Positions 47,327-60,249 of a stretch of 64,000 nt of DNA are shown here, one piece after another (within the stretch, counting starts at the first letter, position 1; each line of letters starts with the position of its first letter). Source of the stretch: Leucoraja ocellata (lineage: Eukaryota); the NCBI GenBank assembly GCA_036785375.1, contig JAWMAR010000076.1, forward strand, positions 7,998,001 to 8,062,000, given 5' to 3'. The position numbers were made by a program, and so were the translations under genes. Below the pieces are notes generated by a model. It searched no databases, was not told the DNA's origin, and saw only the letters and a program-made list of their open reading frames with translations.

Positions 47327-50300
47327 AATAGTAAGATTAAACGAGAACTTACCAGTTTGAAGTTTGATCTGCATTTTATGAGGAGTTACGATGAGGGATT
47401 ACGTGAAGAACCCGCTCAGCGCGCATGCACGGCATACTCCCAAGCAGTGGTGTGGAATCACAGATAGACACAGTTATTGAAGTAAACATAGTAAAGAAAA
47501 GGAGACATCAGTTATCAGTTTGACCTATATTATGAGGGTGGGAGTGGAGGGCACGTAATCCCTCATCGTAACTCCTCATAAAATACAGATCAAACTTCAA
47601 ATTGGTAAGTTCTCGTTTAATCTTACTATTTTACTTCGGAGTCACATGAGTGACTATGTGAAGACTTCAAAGCTCTGTGATTTCAAACCATGTAACAGTT
47701 TTATTTCACTCACTGCCAAAGTTCTTGAGGGAGGAAGTGTGTTATCGTACCCAACCAATGAATCTGTTTTTCGAGAAACAAAAATGGTATTTAGTAACAA
47801 TAACAAATTAATTGCTTCCCCGGGCTTAAATTAAATATTTGCAGTTTGTAAATTTTTCTGCAAACAAGTCAGGTTTCGTCAACGGCTTATTGTAAAATTT
47901 TTCTGAATGTCGTTTCCCTCGACCATTCTGCTGTCGTCAGAATATGGTCAACTGGTACGTCCATTCATTTGGCCGTTAATGTAGACGCTGCCCTGGTGGA
48001 ATGAGATTTGAAAAAAGTTAGTGTCTATTCCGGCAGCCTTTAGTACCTGCTTGAGCCATCTTGCAATGGTTTGGCTCGTTACCCGGCCATGAGGTTTTTT
48101 GTGGCTGACCCATAAGGCTTTTTCACTCCCTCTGATGTTATAGGTTGTGTTTTTATAATATAGTAGATAGGTCATGACACACAACCGCGGCTCTGGCGGG
48201 TAAGCCCGGAACACCACAACTGGATTGGCTTTACGTGGCCTGCTCTGTTCTACCAGACCCTGGATGATGAACGAGATTTGGTCTGGGGTGGTCACCATGT
48301 TGTCCAGTCGCAATCGATGTAGTGACTGGACCCTCTGAGTGGATACAAGTGCCATCCACATGAGCGTTTTCAGGGTAGTTTGTTCGAGGCTGAGGGATCT
48401 GGCTGGTGGCCATCCCCTGAGGTACGTCAGGACCACACTGACATCCCATAAATTGGTATACCTTGGTCTAGGGGTTTGATGTTTTAGATGCCCTTCATTA
48501 ATTTGACTACCAGTGAATGGGATCCCATCGGCTGTTGTCCTGGTGCTGGTTTCAAATAAGCAGACAGGGCACTCCTTGCTGTGTTGACGGCACTGTAGCT
48601 GATTCCTCTTTGTGGTATAGGTAGGCCAGGAACTCCAGTGCGTTGGTGACTGTTGCTGTTGTGTACGTGGTCCCTGTTTCCTGGCAGTACTTCTCCCATT
48701 TCTTGATGCTGGTTAAGTACTGCTTCTTAGTGGATGTTCAAAAGGGATGCTGACATGGTTTGTTCTGACTTCAACAAACATGTCATGCAGTATTGGGAAC
48801 CATGGCTGTGTAGGCCAGTCCGGTACTATCAAACCCTGATGCAGAGTCCATCTGTAGTTTTCGTAGTACCTGACTGATGAGGCAGAAGGGCGGGGAAACA
48901 TAGAAGAAGGAATTTCCCCAATCCAGCGTGAAGGCATCTACCACCGCTGCTGCCTCTGGGTCTGGTTCCCAAGCGACATGCATAGGTATCTGGTGATTTA
49001 GCCTTGATGAAATAAATTGATATCTGGCGTGCCATATAGCTTGATAATTTTTGCTAATACTTTGGGTTTTATATCCATTCGATGTTGTCATTGAATTTGC
49101 ATGACCTGGTGTCTGCCACTGTATTTAGCTTACCTGATAGGTAAGTTGCTGACAGCCAAATATGTCTTTTTGACACACCATTGCCATATTGTGTTGACCA
49201 ATTTGTCGCATGATACCGATTTTATGCCTCCCATATGGTTAATGTAGGCCACCACCGTAGTATTATCCATTTGTAACCGTACATGCAGTGATGCATATTT
49301 GATGTATATGCTTTTAATCCATAAAAGGCACCCAACATCGCTAAATAATTAATGCCCCGTATAAGTAGTAATGATGACTTTAGGTTAGTCCATCTACCAC
49401 CTGTTAGATAATGATAGGGCTGAAACTATGCCAACTGTTTTGATATAGTTTCAGTGGGTAATTTCATGACCCGATCATAATGACCTGCATGCTATTATAA
49501 TGCCTGTAACTTTGCTCTTTGGAGATTTTATAATGCAATTGTCCGAATTGTGTAGCCAGGAATGCTGCTACTATTTTCCCAATTACTCTTGCTACTTGTC
49601 GAATAGTTGGTTGCTCGTTGACCATTAAATTGTGGCATAATTGTGCCAATTCACCCGTTTAGACTTTTGGCAAGTTACAGTCATATGGACTGAATTAATT
49701 GTGAAGTCTAAGTAGTCCATGATAGTGGATGGCTTCAACTTTGATTTATCTGGATGTAAAACAAACCCCAGGGTTTCGAAAACTGTTTTGTAGCTGAAAA
49801 ACAGCTGACATAGCCAATTCCATGGTCTTCTTATTAGTTTTGCCAGGGCTGGTTTTAGTATCTTAATGAATAACCTTGAGCTGACGTTACCCCATGGGGT
49901 AATGCTTTAACTGTCATAGTTGCCCCATCCAGGTAAATTTTAGGTATCCGCGTAGATCCTTTTGAATGGGTACTGAATAGTAAGCATATTTGAGGCCAAT
50001 GCTTGCCATAAAGTATCCTTTGAAATTAGATTCCTTATTTTACATATTTTTGTAGGCACCAGACCCACCTACCTCCATGGATATGGGCATTTCTTCTGTC
50101 TCTTCCCAGACCAGCGAGTCTGGCGCGTTGTCTGACGTGGCGGTGATGTTGGGGGGTGGCGCATTTTCCATGAGGTCCTGTTCTGGGCCGTGGTCTAAAA
50201 GACTCCCGGGCATAAAAAAATGCGGTCCCCGAGCTTTCACCAGTCCCATATGGTAGACGTCGACTGGTGGACGCGATGGGGTGCTGCCGCTTGGGTATTG

Positions 50301-51830
50301 TATTTTTGGGGTTTGCTCGTCCTGGGGCCTGCCCTCATGAGGCCGGAAGTTTTTATTCCCATGAGGTTTTTTGCCAAAGAGCAGTGAGTCTGACTCAGTG
50401 GCTGGGGTTTAGCACAACCCAAATTCGGGATTTAGGGCGGGTCTTATGATTTATATACGGAGGTAATTTATCTCGCTCTGCGTGTTGCACAACAGTGCGA
50501 GAGTGATTTGTTAGTTAGTGGTCATCTCCGTATTGTCCACAGAAAACGAGCAAATGGTGTGATGGCTGACGTCAGGAGCCTGAGGATCCGCTGCAGTATC
50601 AGCTCCTGGTCCGAGTATTTGTCCCGACGTGCCCCCAGAATTGGCTGTTGACTGCCGGCACTTTGTAGGACTATAATTTATTGGAGCTGTACATTTTAAT
50701 GCCTCATTAACCACCTACTCCTGTAGGTGCTTGTCGGAGAGGTGGTCAACGCTGGCCGTTAGTTTTTAGGCTCTAATGGCCTTCCTGCATGTGGGGTAGC
50801 CACGTAGCGGTCCACACACACCCAGCAACTCTTCCTGTTCCTGCACCCCTGGCATACTCCCGAATTCTTCAGCCAGTGACCCCCTCTTCATGACCAGCCC
50901 AGCCCTGGTCACCCCAAAGCTAACCACACTACGGAGGAAGCGATGGGCAGTGCCTAGGCGCTGTGGAGGGTATGCCTGAACCCTCCAGTGAGACTGCCCT
51001 TCACGTAGCGTGTCTCGCAGGAGCTCCTGCTCCAGGAGCCGCTCCAGCGGCTCAGGCGGCTGTGTCTCTCCCATGCGGGTGGAGAGACGTCCCCTCCGAC
51101 AAGTCGGAAGCCACCGGCCGGATGCCTCTTCGGATGGCTAAACATCCAGCCCGCAGCTCAGGCACTAGCGGGACTGGGCTCGGCGCGGTGATGGGGATAG
51201 CGGAGCGCCCGGTAATTGTTCCTACCGCCTGTTGCTGCCCCCCCCTGCAATGGAACTCTTCTCCACTGGAGTCGAGCGGGGGACAGGTTCTTCTAGAGCT
51301 TTTGTGCCTTGTAGAAGCGAGAGCGCCCCTCAAGCAGCGCGTCTCGCAGGCACCTGCTCCGAGAGCCGCTCCAGCGACTCAGGCGGCTCTCTCTCCCCCC
51401 GTGCGGGTGGAGAGACGTCCCGTCCGAAATCGGGAAAACACCTGCCGGATACCTCTTCGGGTGGCTATGCATCCAGCCCGCTGCTCAGGTACTAGCGGGC
51501 TGGGCTCGGCACGGTGTCGGGGAATAGCGGAACACCGGGTAAACGCTCCTACCGCCTGTTGCTGCCCCCCTCCCTGACGGAAAACGTTCCTCCTCGAACG
51601 GGGACAGTTTTGTTCCAGAGCCTTTTTCTCTGCCTGTAAAACACAAGCAGAAAAAGGCTCCCCTGTAATAGAAAACCCGACCTCAGGGTACTCACCTGAC
51701 GGTCCGTTTCATTCTGTAGAGGGAGCGCCTAACTCCCGTTGCAGCCACTGTTGCACTGCTGGCGTTAATGCCGCGCATGTGCGCTGAGCGGGTTCTTCAC
51801 GTAGTCACTCATGTGACTCCGAAGTAAAAT
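47327..51830 (-). mobile_element. Second DIRS1-like element, decayed, related subfamily
   Basis: Termini and ICR (47552-47664) homologous to the first DIRS; frameshifted YR (~47830-48760), RT/RH/MT and gag fragments; internal deletions. Confidence 0.93.
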
Positions 51831-51929
51831 TAGTAATTTTCCTCTTAGTATGCTTAATTTCACCCATTACCTGCTCGTTAGCTTATCCTCTATTTATGGT
51901 CATAAATTACCTACAATACCGTGACCTTT

Positions 51930-52310
51930 AGGACAAAAGGGATAGGAAAATAATTAGGCCATTCGGTCCATCAATTCTACTCTGCCATTCAATCATGGCT
52001 GATCTCTCTCCCTCCTAACCCCATAACCTCTGACACCTGTACTAATCAAGAATCGATCTTTACTTTTCCATAAAAATCTCCACTGACTTGCCCATCACAG
52101 CCTTCTGTGGCAAAGAATTCCACAGATTCACCACCCTCTGTCTAAAGAAATTTCTCCTCATCTCCTTCCTAAAAGAATGTCCTTTAATACTGAGGCTATG
52201 AGCTCTTGTCCTAGACTCTCCCACTAGTGGAAACATCCTCTCCACATCCACTCTATCCAAGCCTTTCATTATACTGTATTTCATTCAGGTCCCCTCATTC
52301 TTCTAAACTC
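51930..52310 (-). mobile_element. CR1 LINE 3' fragment
   Basis: [17 protein letters not shown]. Confidence 0.8.
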
Positions 52311-52996
52311 GGTGTAGTAAATTTACAGAAGCCACGCTCATCGAATGGCTTCTGAAAATCAAAATATATGTTCATCTTTCCACATGGTGCTTCATACATC
52401 TTAAAGAATGTAAATATTTATTGTCAAGTACAGTTTCTATTCCATAAATCCATGTTTAAAAGTGTGCTTTAAAGTTTTATAATATTCTAAATTGTGCCGT
52501 TGCAATGTAAGAAAATGTATATTATTTTCCAAACTTTATGAAATATTACTGATTGAATGAAGGTGGTCCCCATGTTATGGGAGGTTGTGTTTCCTGGATA
52601 ACAGTCCATATCACGAATTCCATACAGTCATCCACGCATGCATTAAGAAACCCGAGTTGAAAATAAAGGTGAATTTTGTGTTGATTAGTTACTACGACAA
52701 TAAATCAGGACAAATTTTAATCACTATTTCAAACTTTGGGTTGTAATTTGTGACGGTGAATTTCCATTAACAGGACATTAACAGTAACGCAAGAGTCACC
52801 TGCACCAGGTTAACTTTGATAGCTTATACAGGGAGGTTTGAAAACATGGAACATATGCCCAGGTGGGCAGATGTTATAAGTGGTGTTCTCTCTTTAGTTA
52901 TTCAATATTCCATCTACATATAGAAATGTTTAGACGTGATGGCATTATTGTTTGTGGGTCTTGGACTATCTTCAAATTGGTACAGATTCCCTTGAA

Positions 52997-53351
52997 TACC
53001 ATTTCAAGCAGGGTGCAATGCCACCAAATTCGTGTGGTTTCATGCCATTTCAAGCAGGGTTCAAGGCCACCAAATTCTGGTGCAGTTTCATACCATTTCA
53101 AGCAGGGTGCAAGGCCACCAAACCCGGGCCGTTTTGTACCATTTCAAGCAGGGTGCAAGGCCACCAAACTCGTGCAGTTTTGTACCATTTCAAGCAGCGT
53201 GCAAGGTTACCAAATTCAAGTGTAGTTTCATGCCATTTCAAGCAGGGTGCAAGGCCACCAAACTCAGGTGCAGTTTCATACCATTTCAAGCAGGGTGCAA
53301 GGCAACCAAACTCAAGTGCCGTTTTGTACCATTTCAAGCAGGGTGCAAGGC
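52997..53351. repeat. Minisatellite, 8 units of 46/48 bp (core CCATTTCAAGCAGGGTGCAAGG)
   Basis: Core starts at 52999, 53045, 53093, 53139, 53185, 53233, 53281, 53329. Confidence 0.95.
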
Positions 53352-53372
53352 GGGCTCTGTACCCAAGAGCTG

Positions 53373-53990
53373 CTCTCTCTCTCTCTCTCCTCTCTCTCCC
53401 CTCTCCCCCCCCTCCCACTCTCCCCCTCCCTCTATCCCCCCTCCCTCCCCCTCACTCTCCCCACTCCTCCCTCTCTCCTCCCCTCCCTCTCTCCACCCCC
53501 CCCACTCTCCCCTCCTCCCTCTCTCTTCCCTCTCTCCCCCCCGTCCTCCCCTCTCTCCCCTCTCCTTCCCTCCCCAATGTCTCCCACTCTCTCTCCTCCC
53601 CTCTCCCCCTCTCTCTCTCAGCTCCCTCCCACCCTTTCTCCCCCTTCTCTCTCCCCCTCCCTCTCCCCCCTCTCTCCTCCCCTCTCTTCCCCCTCTCTCT
53701 CCCCCTATCTACCCCACTCTTTCCCCCTCTCTCTCCCCCCTCTCTCTCCCCCTCTTTCTCCCTCTCTCCCCCCTCTCTCCCCCTCTTGCTCTCCACCCTC
53801 CCCGCCCTGCTCTCTGTCTCTACCCTCTCTCTCTGCCGCTCTCTCTCTCTGCCTCTCAGTCTCTGCCCTTCTCTCTCAATCTCTGCCCCTCTCTCTCTCT
53901 CTCTAACCCCCCCCCCCCCCTCCTCCCTCTCTGTGCCTCTGCCTTTTCTCTGCCTCTGCCCTCTCTGTGCCCCTGTCCACTCTGTCTCTG
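53373..53990. repeat. ~600-bp C/T low-complexity polypyrimidine tract
   Basis: Almost only C and T on the + strand. Confidence 0.95.
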
Positions 53991-55721
53991 AGGGGAGATT
54001 AATGGGAGCATTATTAATGTGAGAAATGATATCAGCAAGTTGAATCCTGTTCACCATCGTGGAGTTTGCAGCTCTGGGGGGGGATTGGTGGTTGGACGCT
54101 CTGGAAGGTCAATAGGCTGCAGGACTTTTCGGTCATGCTAGGCCTCACTGGTCGGGTCCTCACAGCTCCAAGAGGCATGAATCATCAGTCTGAAGAAGGG
54201 TTTAGGCCCGAAACGTTGCCTATTTCCTTCGCTCCATAGATGCTGCTGCACCCGCTGAGTTTCTCCAGCATTTTTGTGTACCATCCAAGAGTCATTCCGG
54301 GAGGTCCTTTGGTCCCAGGAGTCAGAGAGGAGATTAAGAAGAGCATAGTTAGAGTAAGAAATGTTGCTGTAGATATAAAGATTTAGATGAGTGGAGCAAT
54401 TGTAATGTATGATCATAAATCCACTTCTGGGACCTGCACGCAGAGTCGCCTGACTACAGCACCATAGACCAGTTAGAATATTCAGTCTTTTTTTCCAGGG
54501 TAGAAATATCAAACATTAGATATCAAGGCTTTAAGATGAGAGTAGGAAAGTTTAAAGAATATATATGAGGCAACTTCTTGTTTTCACAGAGTGTTAGGTT
54601 CCTGGAACACATTGCCGGGGGAAGTGGTGGAGGCAGATCTGAGTGATAGTTTATAGACATTTCGACATAGACATTAACAAGTAGAGAATGGTGAGACCAT
54701 GTGCAGGCAGATGGGAATAGTTTAAATTGGCATCATGTTCGACACAGATATGGTGGGCCAAAGAACCTTTCCCTCTGCTGTACTGTTCTATGCTTGTGTG
54801 AAACACTTGATCAGAGTACAACGTTTTAAGAAAGGAGGAGATAGGAAGAGAGCTTGGACAGGGGGTGGGAGGGGGGAGTGGTGGAAGAGGGGGTAATGAG
54901 GGGTGCATGTTAAAGGCATGACCATCAATAGCTGACTGAAAGCAATGAGGAATGTACGAGAGGCCAGCATGTAAGTATCTTCATAAATTATAGGAGCAGA
55001 ATTAGGCCATTCGGCCCATCAGGTATACTTGGCCATTCATTCATGGCTGATCTATCTGTCCCTCTCAACCCCATTCTTCTGCCTTCTCCCCATAATCTCT
55101 GACACCCGTAGCAATCAAGAATCTGTCAATCTCCACCTTAAATACTGTATATCCATTGACTTGGCCTCCGCAGACTACTGGGGCAATGAATTCCACAGAT
55201 TCACCACACTCTGACTTATATGAGGCGACCTAAAGTTGAGCAGAGAGATGTGTGATGAGTGACCACATTTTTCAAGGGACAATATCATCCTGAAATTGAA
55301 TTTATTCACATTGTTAAATGTATTTCTAACAAGCAGTGGAGATGAATCCAACTCTAAAGAAAACCACATCTGCTTATTTTGGAGGGATTATTTTTAAATG
55401 CTAACTCTGAGTATTTCTTGATGCACGTGAGTTAAGTACTATTGACAAAAAGGCAGGCGAACTACATTTACGTTGAGCCTGCAGAAGTTTAAGGGTGCCT
55501 CTGAACAAGAAATTATGCAATCTGTCAAGTAACATATTTCAGAAGAGGGAAATTACATTGCAAATTACTTTGCAAGGATTTCTATTTTATCCTGCATGCT
55601 TTTGCATTTTCTCTGAAAAGGAAGTAATGAGGTTACCCACATACACAGTTTTCCACTTTTGCCAGAAAGTTTCTCCCTCCCTTGTCCAAAACCCGTTACG
55701 AGTTTGACCATGGTCCACAGG

Positions 55722-56303
55722 GTTTTAGTTTAGTTTAAAGATACAGCGGCCCACCAAATCCGCGCCGACTAGCAATCACCCATACACTGGGTGGCACGGT
55801 GGCGCAGCGGTAGAGTGCTGCCTTACAGTGCAAAAAAAACACGGGTTCACCCTAACTACAGTTGCTGTCTGTTTTTCTGGGTGCTCCGGTTTCCTCCAAC
55901 ACTCCAAAGATATACAGGATTGTAGGTTAATTGGCTTTGGTAGAAATTGTAAAATTGTCCCTAGTATGTAGGATAATGCTGGTGTGCGGGATGATCACTG
56001 GTCGGCATGGATTCGGTGGGCTGAAGGGCCCGTTTTCACACTATATCGCTAAAGATTAAAGAAAAAGAAAAAGAAAAGGCTAGTTCTATCCTATATATTT
56101 GTGATAATTTACAGAAGCCAATTGACCCACAAACCTGCATGTTTTAAGAATATGGAAGACAATTGGAGGACCCGGAGATAACCTACGCAGTCACAGGGAG
56201 AACATAAAAAATCTCTGTACAGGCAGTACCCGTGGTCAGGAACTAACCCGGTTCTCTGGCGCTGTAAGGAAGCAACTCTATCGCTGCACCACTGTGCTGC
56301 CCC
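55722..56303. mobile_element. Nested V-SINEs (a + copy inside a - copy)
   Basis: Minus tail 55722-55790, plus copy ~55790-56060, minus head ~56080-56303. Confidence 0.7.
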
Positions 56304-57004
56304 GCTGCTCAAGTTAATGAAGGACTGGTTTCTCCATTTTTATCATGTTTAATACAAATGAGGCTTGACAAACTTCTGTTAATGTGTCAGTTGTTATAAT
56401 TTAAAAATAGTCCCTCTAAAATAACTGATGTGGTTTTATTTGGAGCTAACTTCCTCTTTCATTGCTTTTTAAAAAGGCTTATCAAATGTAAATGAATTCA
56501 GATTTCATGATAGAGTTTTCCTGCAAAATTTGGTCAGGTCATTCAGGTATCACAGTAAAAAACAATTCAGTGCATTTCCTTTAAGTGCCAAAACTATATA
56601 ATCTGCAAACTCATAATATGCAGAAATTTAGGAAATGTAACCATAAGAGAAAAAGGGCAAACAGCATGAAAATAGCCTCTGGGACTGACAGACGTGAAGC
56701 ATTGTTCATATTCCACAGTAGCTTTGTGAGGCTGGTCATGACACACAATAACTCCAGTCCTTGTCAATAGACAATAGGTGCAGGAGTAGGCCATCGGCCC
56801 TTCGAGCCAGCACCACCATTCAATGTGATCATGGCTGATCAACCCCAATCAGTACCCCGTTCCTGCTTTCTCCCCATATCCCCTGACTGCTATCTTTAAG
56901 AGCCCTATCTAGTCTTGATCCATTGCAATTCACCTACCACCAAAACCGGTCCACAGCAGACGTCATTTCCCTGGCTGTGCAACACCTGGTTAACAAGGAC
57001 ACCT

Positions 57005-57300
57005 CAATAGTGCTTTATTTGTCACATATGCAACTGCACAGAGAAATTCCTCTTGCACATATTACACATGCGGGCGCTGACATTATTGGCGTTATTATGT
57101 CCAGTCGGCCCCCACGCTCGATACACTGGAGCATCATTCCTCTCTCCTTTCCTTCTCTGGCCATCTTTGTGTCCTGAGGGTACCTCCTGCAGCCAACCTT
57201 GAAGACGCTGGAGGCATTACCCCGGTTCACCCTCCGACACCGGTCCTTGCCCCTTGCATCCGACTTCTCCAGCTCCTTCCTGGTTACGTTGTTCGCCAAG
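57005..57300. repeat. Dispersed repeat homologous to 17160-17480 and 29120-29430
   Basis: Shared TATTTGTCACATATGCAACT..ATATTACACATGC..GCTCGAT..ACTGGAG blocks. Confidence 0.65.
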
Positions 57301-58589
57301 CCTTTGCCGAACCTACACCAGACTCCTATTATTATTGACCATAGCTTCACCTTTGTAAACAAGAGCCAGAGACAGTGTGTGATTTAAACACATCTTTAAT
57401 GAGCACTTGAAACTTAGCAGCATTGAGGACGACAGGTTGTCAGTGCATCCTAGCTGCTCGAACTGCAGTGCTGGAAACGAGTGTTAATATAAGTGTTATA
57501 GTGGGGTGGAGTTAGTGATGCTGGCTTATGTGTGATTGGTTCACATGCATCATCAATCTACAACCTTGAACACCATAAGTCCAGCCAAATGAGAGAGTGT
57601 GGGTCTTTGATGATGCTGGCTCCCTTTTTGAGGCAGTGACTCCTGTAGGTCCTTTGATGGTAGAGAAGTCAATACCCGTGATGGACTGTGCAGTGTTCAC
57701 CACTTTTTACATTCTTCTTTATTCCTGGATGTTTGAGTTGCACTACCAGGCCGTGATGCAACCAGTCAATATGCTCTCCAAACTCCTGAACTGATGAGTC
57801 AGTACCCACCTCTACAATTGGATCCTTGACTTCCTGACCACAATCAGTCAGGATAGACAACAAATACATATTGATTTTGTTGGCTTCTTTCTCAAGGCAA
57901 TGTGAAGTGTAGATGGAGTCATTGGTGGGGATATTGGTCCATGTGATGAACTGGGACACATCCACAACTTCCAGAAATTCCTTTCAGCACTTTGTGCCTT
58001 GTCCCAAAATGACACCTATCCGTGTTCTCCAGAAATGCTGCCTGACCAGTTGAGTTACTCCAGCACTTTGTGTCTTTTTTGGTAAACCAGTATCTATATC
58101 TGAGGTTATGAACACCAAACCTTACAACACTTATGTCTTACTTTTTCCTTAAATTTGACCTCCCAAAGTACAACACCATTCACTTGCTCAGATTAAACTG
58201 CAACTGTCATTTCTCCACCTATTTCTGTATTTCATTGTATATTTTGACAACCTTCCTTACTGTCCACAACTCCACCAATTTTGGTGTTGTCTGCAAACTT
58301 ACTTACCTAGCCATCTACATTTACGTCCAGGTTATGCTTACATATGTTTGCTCTTTCTTTTGGACCAAATTTTCGACCTCCTTCGTCATCCAAAGTTCCT
58401 TTCCTCAACAACTTGTCCCAAGGTCCAGACTTATTCTCATTCATAGCTTCGTATCCTCATAAGCTATAAGATAGTTATGAATAAAGACAGGTCTGGACCT
58501 TGGGGGTAGGTATTAAATTGTAGTACAGCAAATGACAACAATATTAGGTAGCAACTAGCAAAAGTAAGTTGGGAGTTTAAGAAACAATT

Positions 58590-58915
58590 AGAAACATAGA
58601 AACATAGAAATTAGGTGCAGGAGTAGGCCATTCGGCCCTTCGAGCCTGCACCACCATTCAATATGATCATGGCTGATCATCCAACTCAGTATCCCGTACC
58701 TGCCTTCTCTCCATACCCTCTGATCCCCTTGGCCACAAGGGACACATCTAACTCCCTCTTAAATATAGCCAATGAACTGGCCTCGACTACCCTCTGTGGC
58801 AGAGAGTTCCAGAGATTCACCACTCTCTGTGTGAAAAAAGTTCTCCTAATCTCGGTTTTAAAGGATTTCCCCCTTATCCTTAAGCTGTGACCCCTTGTCC
58901 TGGACTTCCCCAACA
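58590..58915 (-). mobile_element. CR1 LINE 3' fragment
   Basis: [17 protein letters not shown]; (CATAGAAA)n tail. Confidence 0.85.
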
Positions 58916-60249
58916 TTAGACATGTACATGTATGACAGAAGGTCCCATATGATTCCATGACTATGGATAGGGCAGGTTTAGAGGGATATGGACTAAATGC
59001 AGGCAGATGGAACTAGTGTAGATTGGGCATGTTGTTTTGTGTGGGCAAGTTGGGCCGAAGGGCCTGTTTCCACACTGTATGATACGATACGATAGAACTT
59101 TATTCATACCCAGAGGGGAATTGGTCTGCCAACAGTCACAACACACAACAGGAACACGAAAACGTGAAATTAAATTTAAATTAAAATAAAAGTGAAAAAA
59201 AAAGACAAGTGACTTGGCTGGCTGTCATGTGTACAGTTGCTTAACTGGAATGAACAAACAAACAAACACAGGGTTATCTCCTGGGCAGAGGATTCTAACA
59301 CTAGAGTCCCCACCCTCTCACCCACACTGGTTCCTTTGTTCTCCCACCTTCCCTCATGGCGGTCGTCCTACGCTGGGTCCTCCATTGTTCTTCTTGGTGG
59401 TCCCCCGCGCCAGGTCCTCCATTGTCTTCCCCTCTCACTCGCACGCTCATCGATCGCTGATCGCATGACAATCACGAGGCCCCACCACCGCCGAGGCCCC
59501 ACCGCCGCCAAGGTTCCCGTTGCTGCCGAGGCTCACACCGCCCCGGACTCCTTTGGCACAGACAGGCCTTGCTGCCCAGGTTCTCTGCAGTCCCCTGCAT
59601 GTGCAAGTCAGGCCCCTGGGTGAGTAGGGCCTACCGGGGTGTGTTCTGGTTGGCGGCGTGGTTCTTCGGTGGGTGGATCAGGTCTGTATGGCTCCCTGGG
59701 ACTCTATTGACTCTATGACTCTATTGTTATTGGGTAAGTTCACATCTGACATGCGGGGGCCTATTAAAGTCCAAATGATCAAAAGTTCAAAACCGGCATG
59801 TTCCAGTCAGGAGGAGGGACATGGTTGTCAAGGTTGGGTACATTAGACGGCAATAAATGTCAGTCGCATGGCTAGAACCAAATACCAGTACATTCCAGTA
59901 AGGTCACTTTTCGAATTTAACTACCCACACACTTTTCAAGAACGCTTTCCGGATTGAATCTAACAAACCCTGCCCTAACTATGCCTCTAGCACAAAGGAA
60001 GTCTGAGTTAATATTGGGGAAGTTAAAAAATCGCTCTTTCTGACAACCCTGATAGTTTTAAAGTTTCCTGTAATCAGTTTATATATTTGTTCTATTTCCT
60101 GCTGGTTTTTGGAGGGCCCATTATATCATCCCGTCAGCATGATCGTGCCTTTGTTTAATGTGAACTTTACCCGCTGTGAATAAACTACCCACAGTGGATT
60201 AATCCTCTAGTATGTCCTCTCCAAGTGCCACTGTGAACTTCTCCCTAAT

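Noticed and set aside
52997-53351. CRISPR-like repeat/spacer appearance
   Set aside because: The linkers are homologous to each other, the context is eukaryotic, and there are no cas genes.
52952-54057. Long ORFs of 200-356 aa rich in Pro/Ser/Leu or Arg/Glu/Gly
   Set aside because: Artefacts of the minisatellite and CT tract lacking stop codons.
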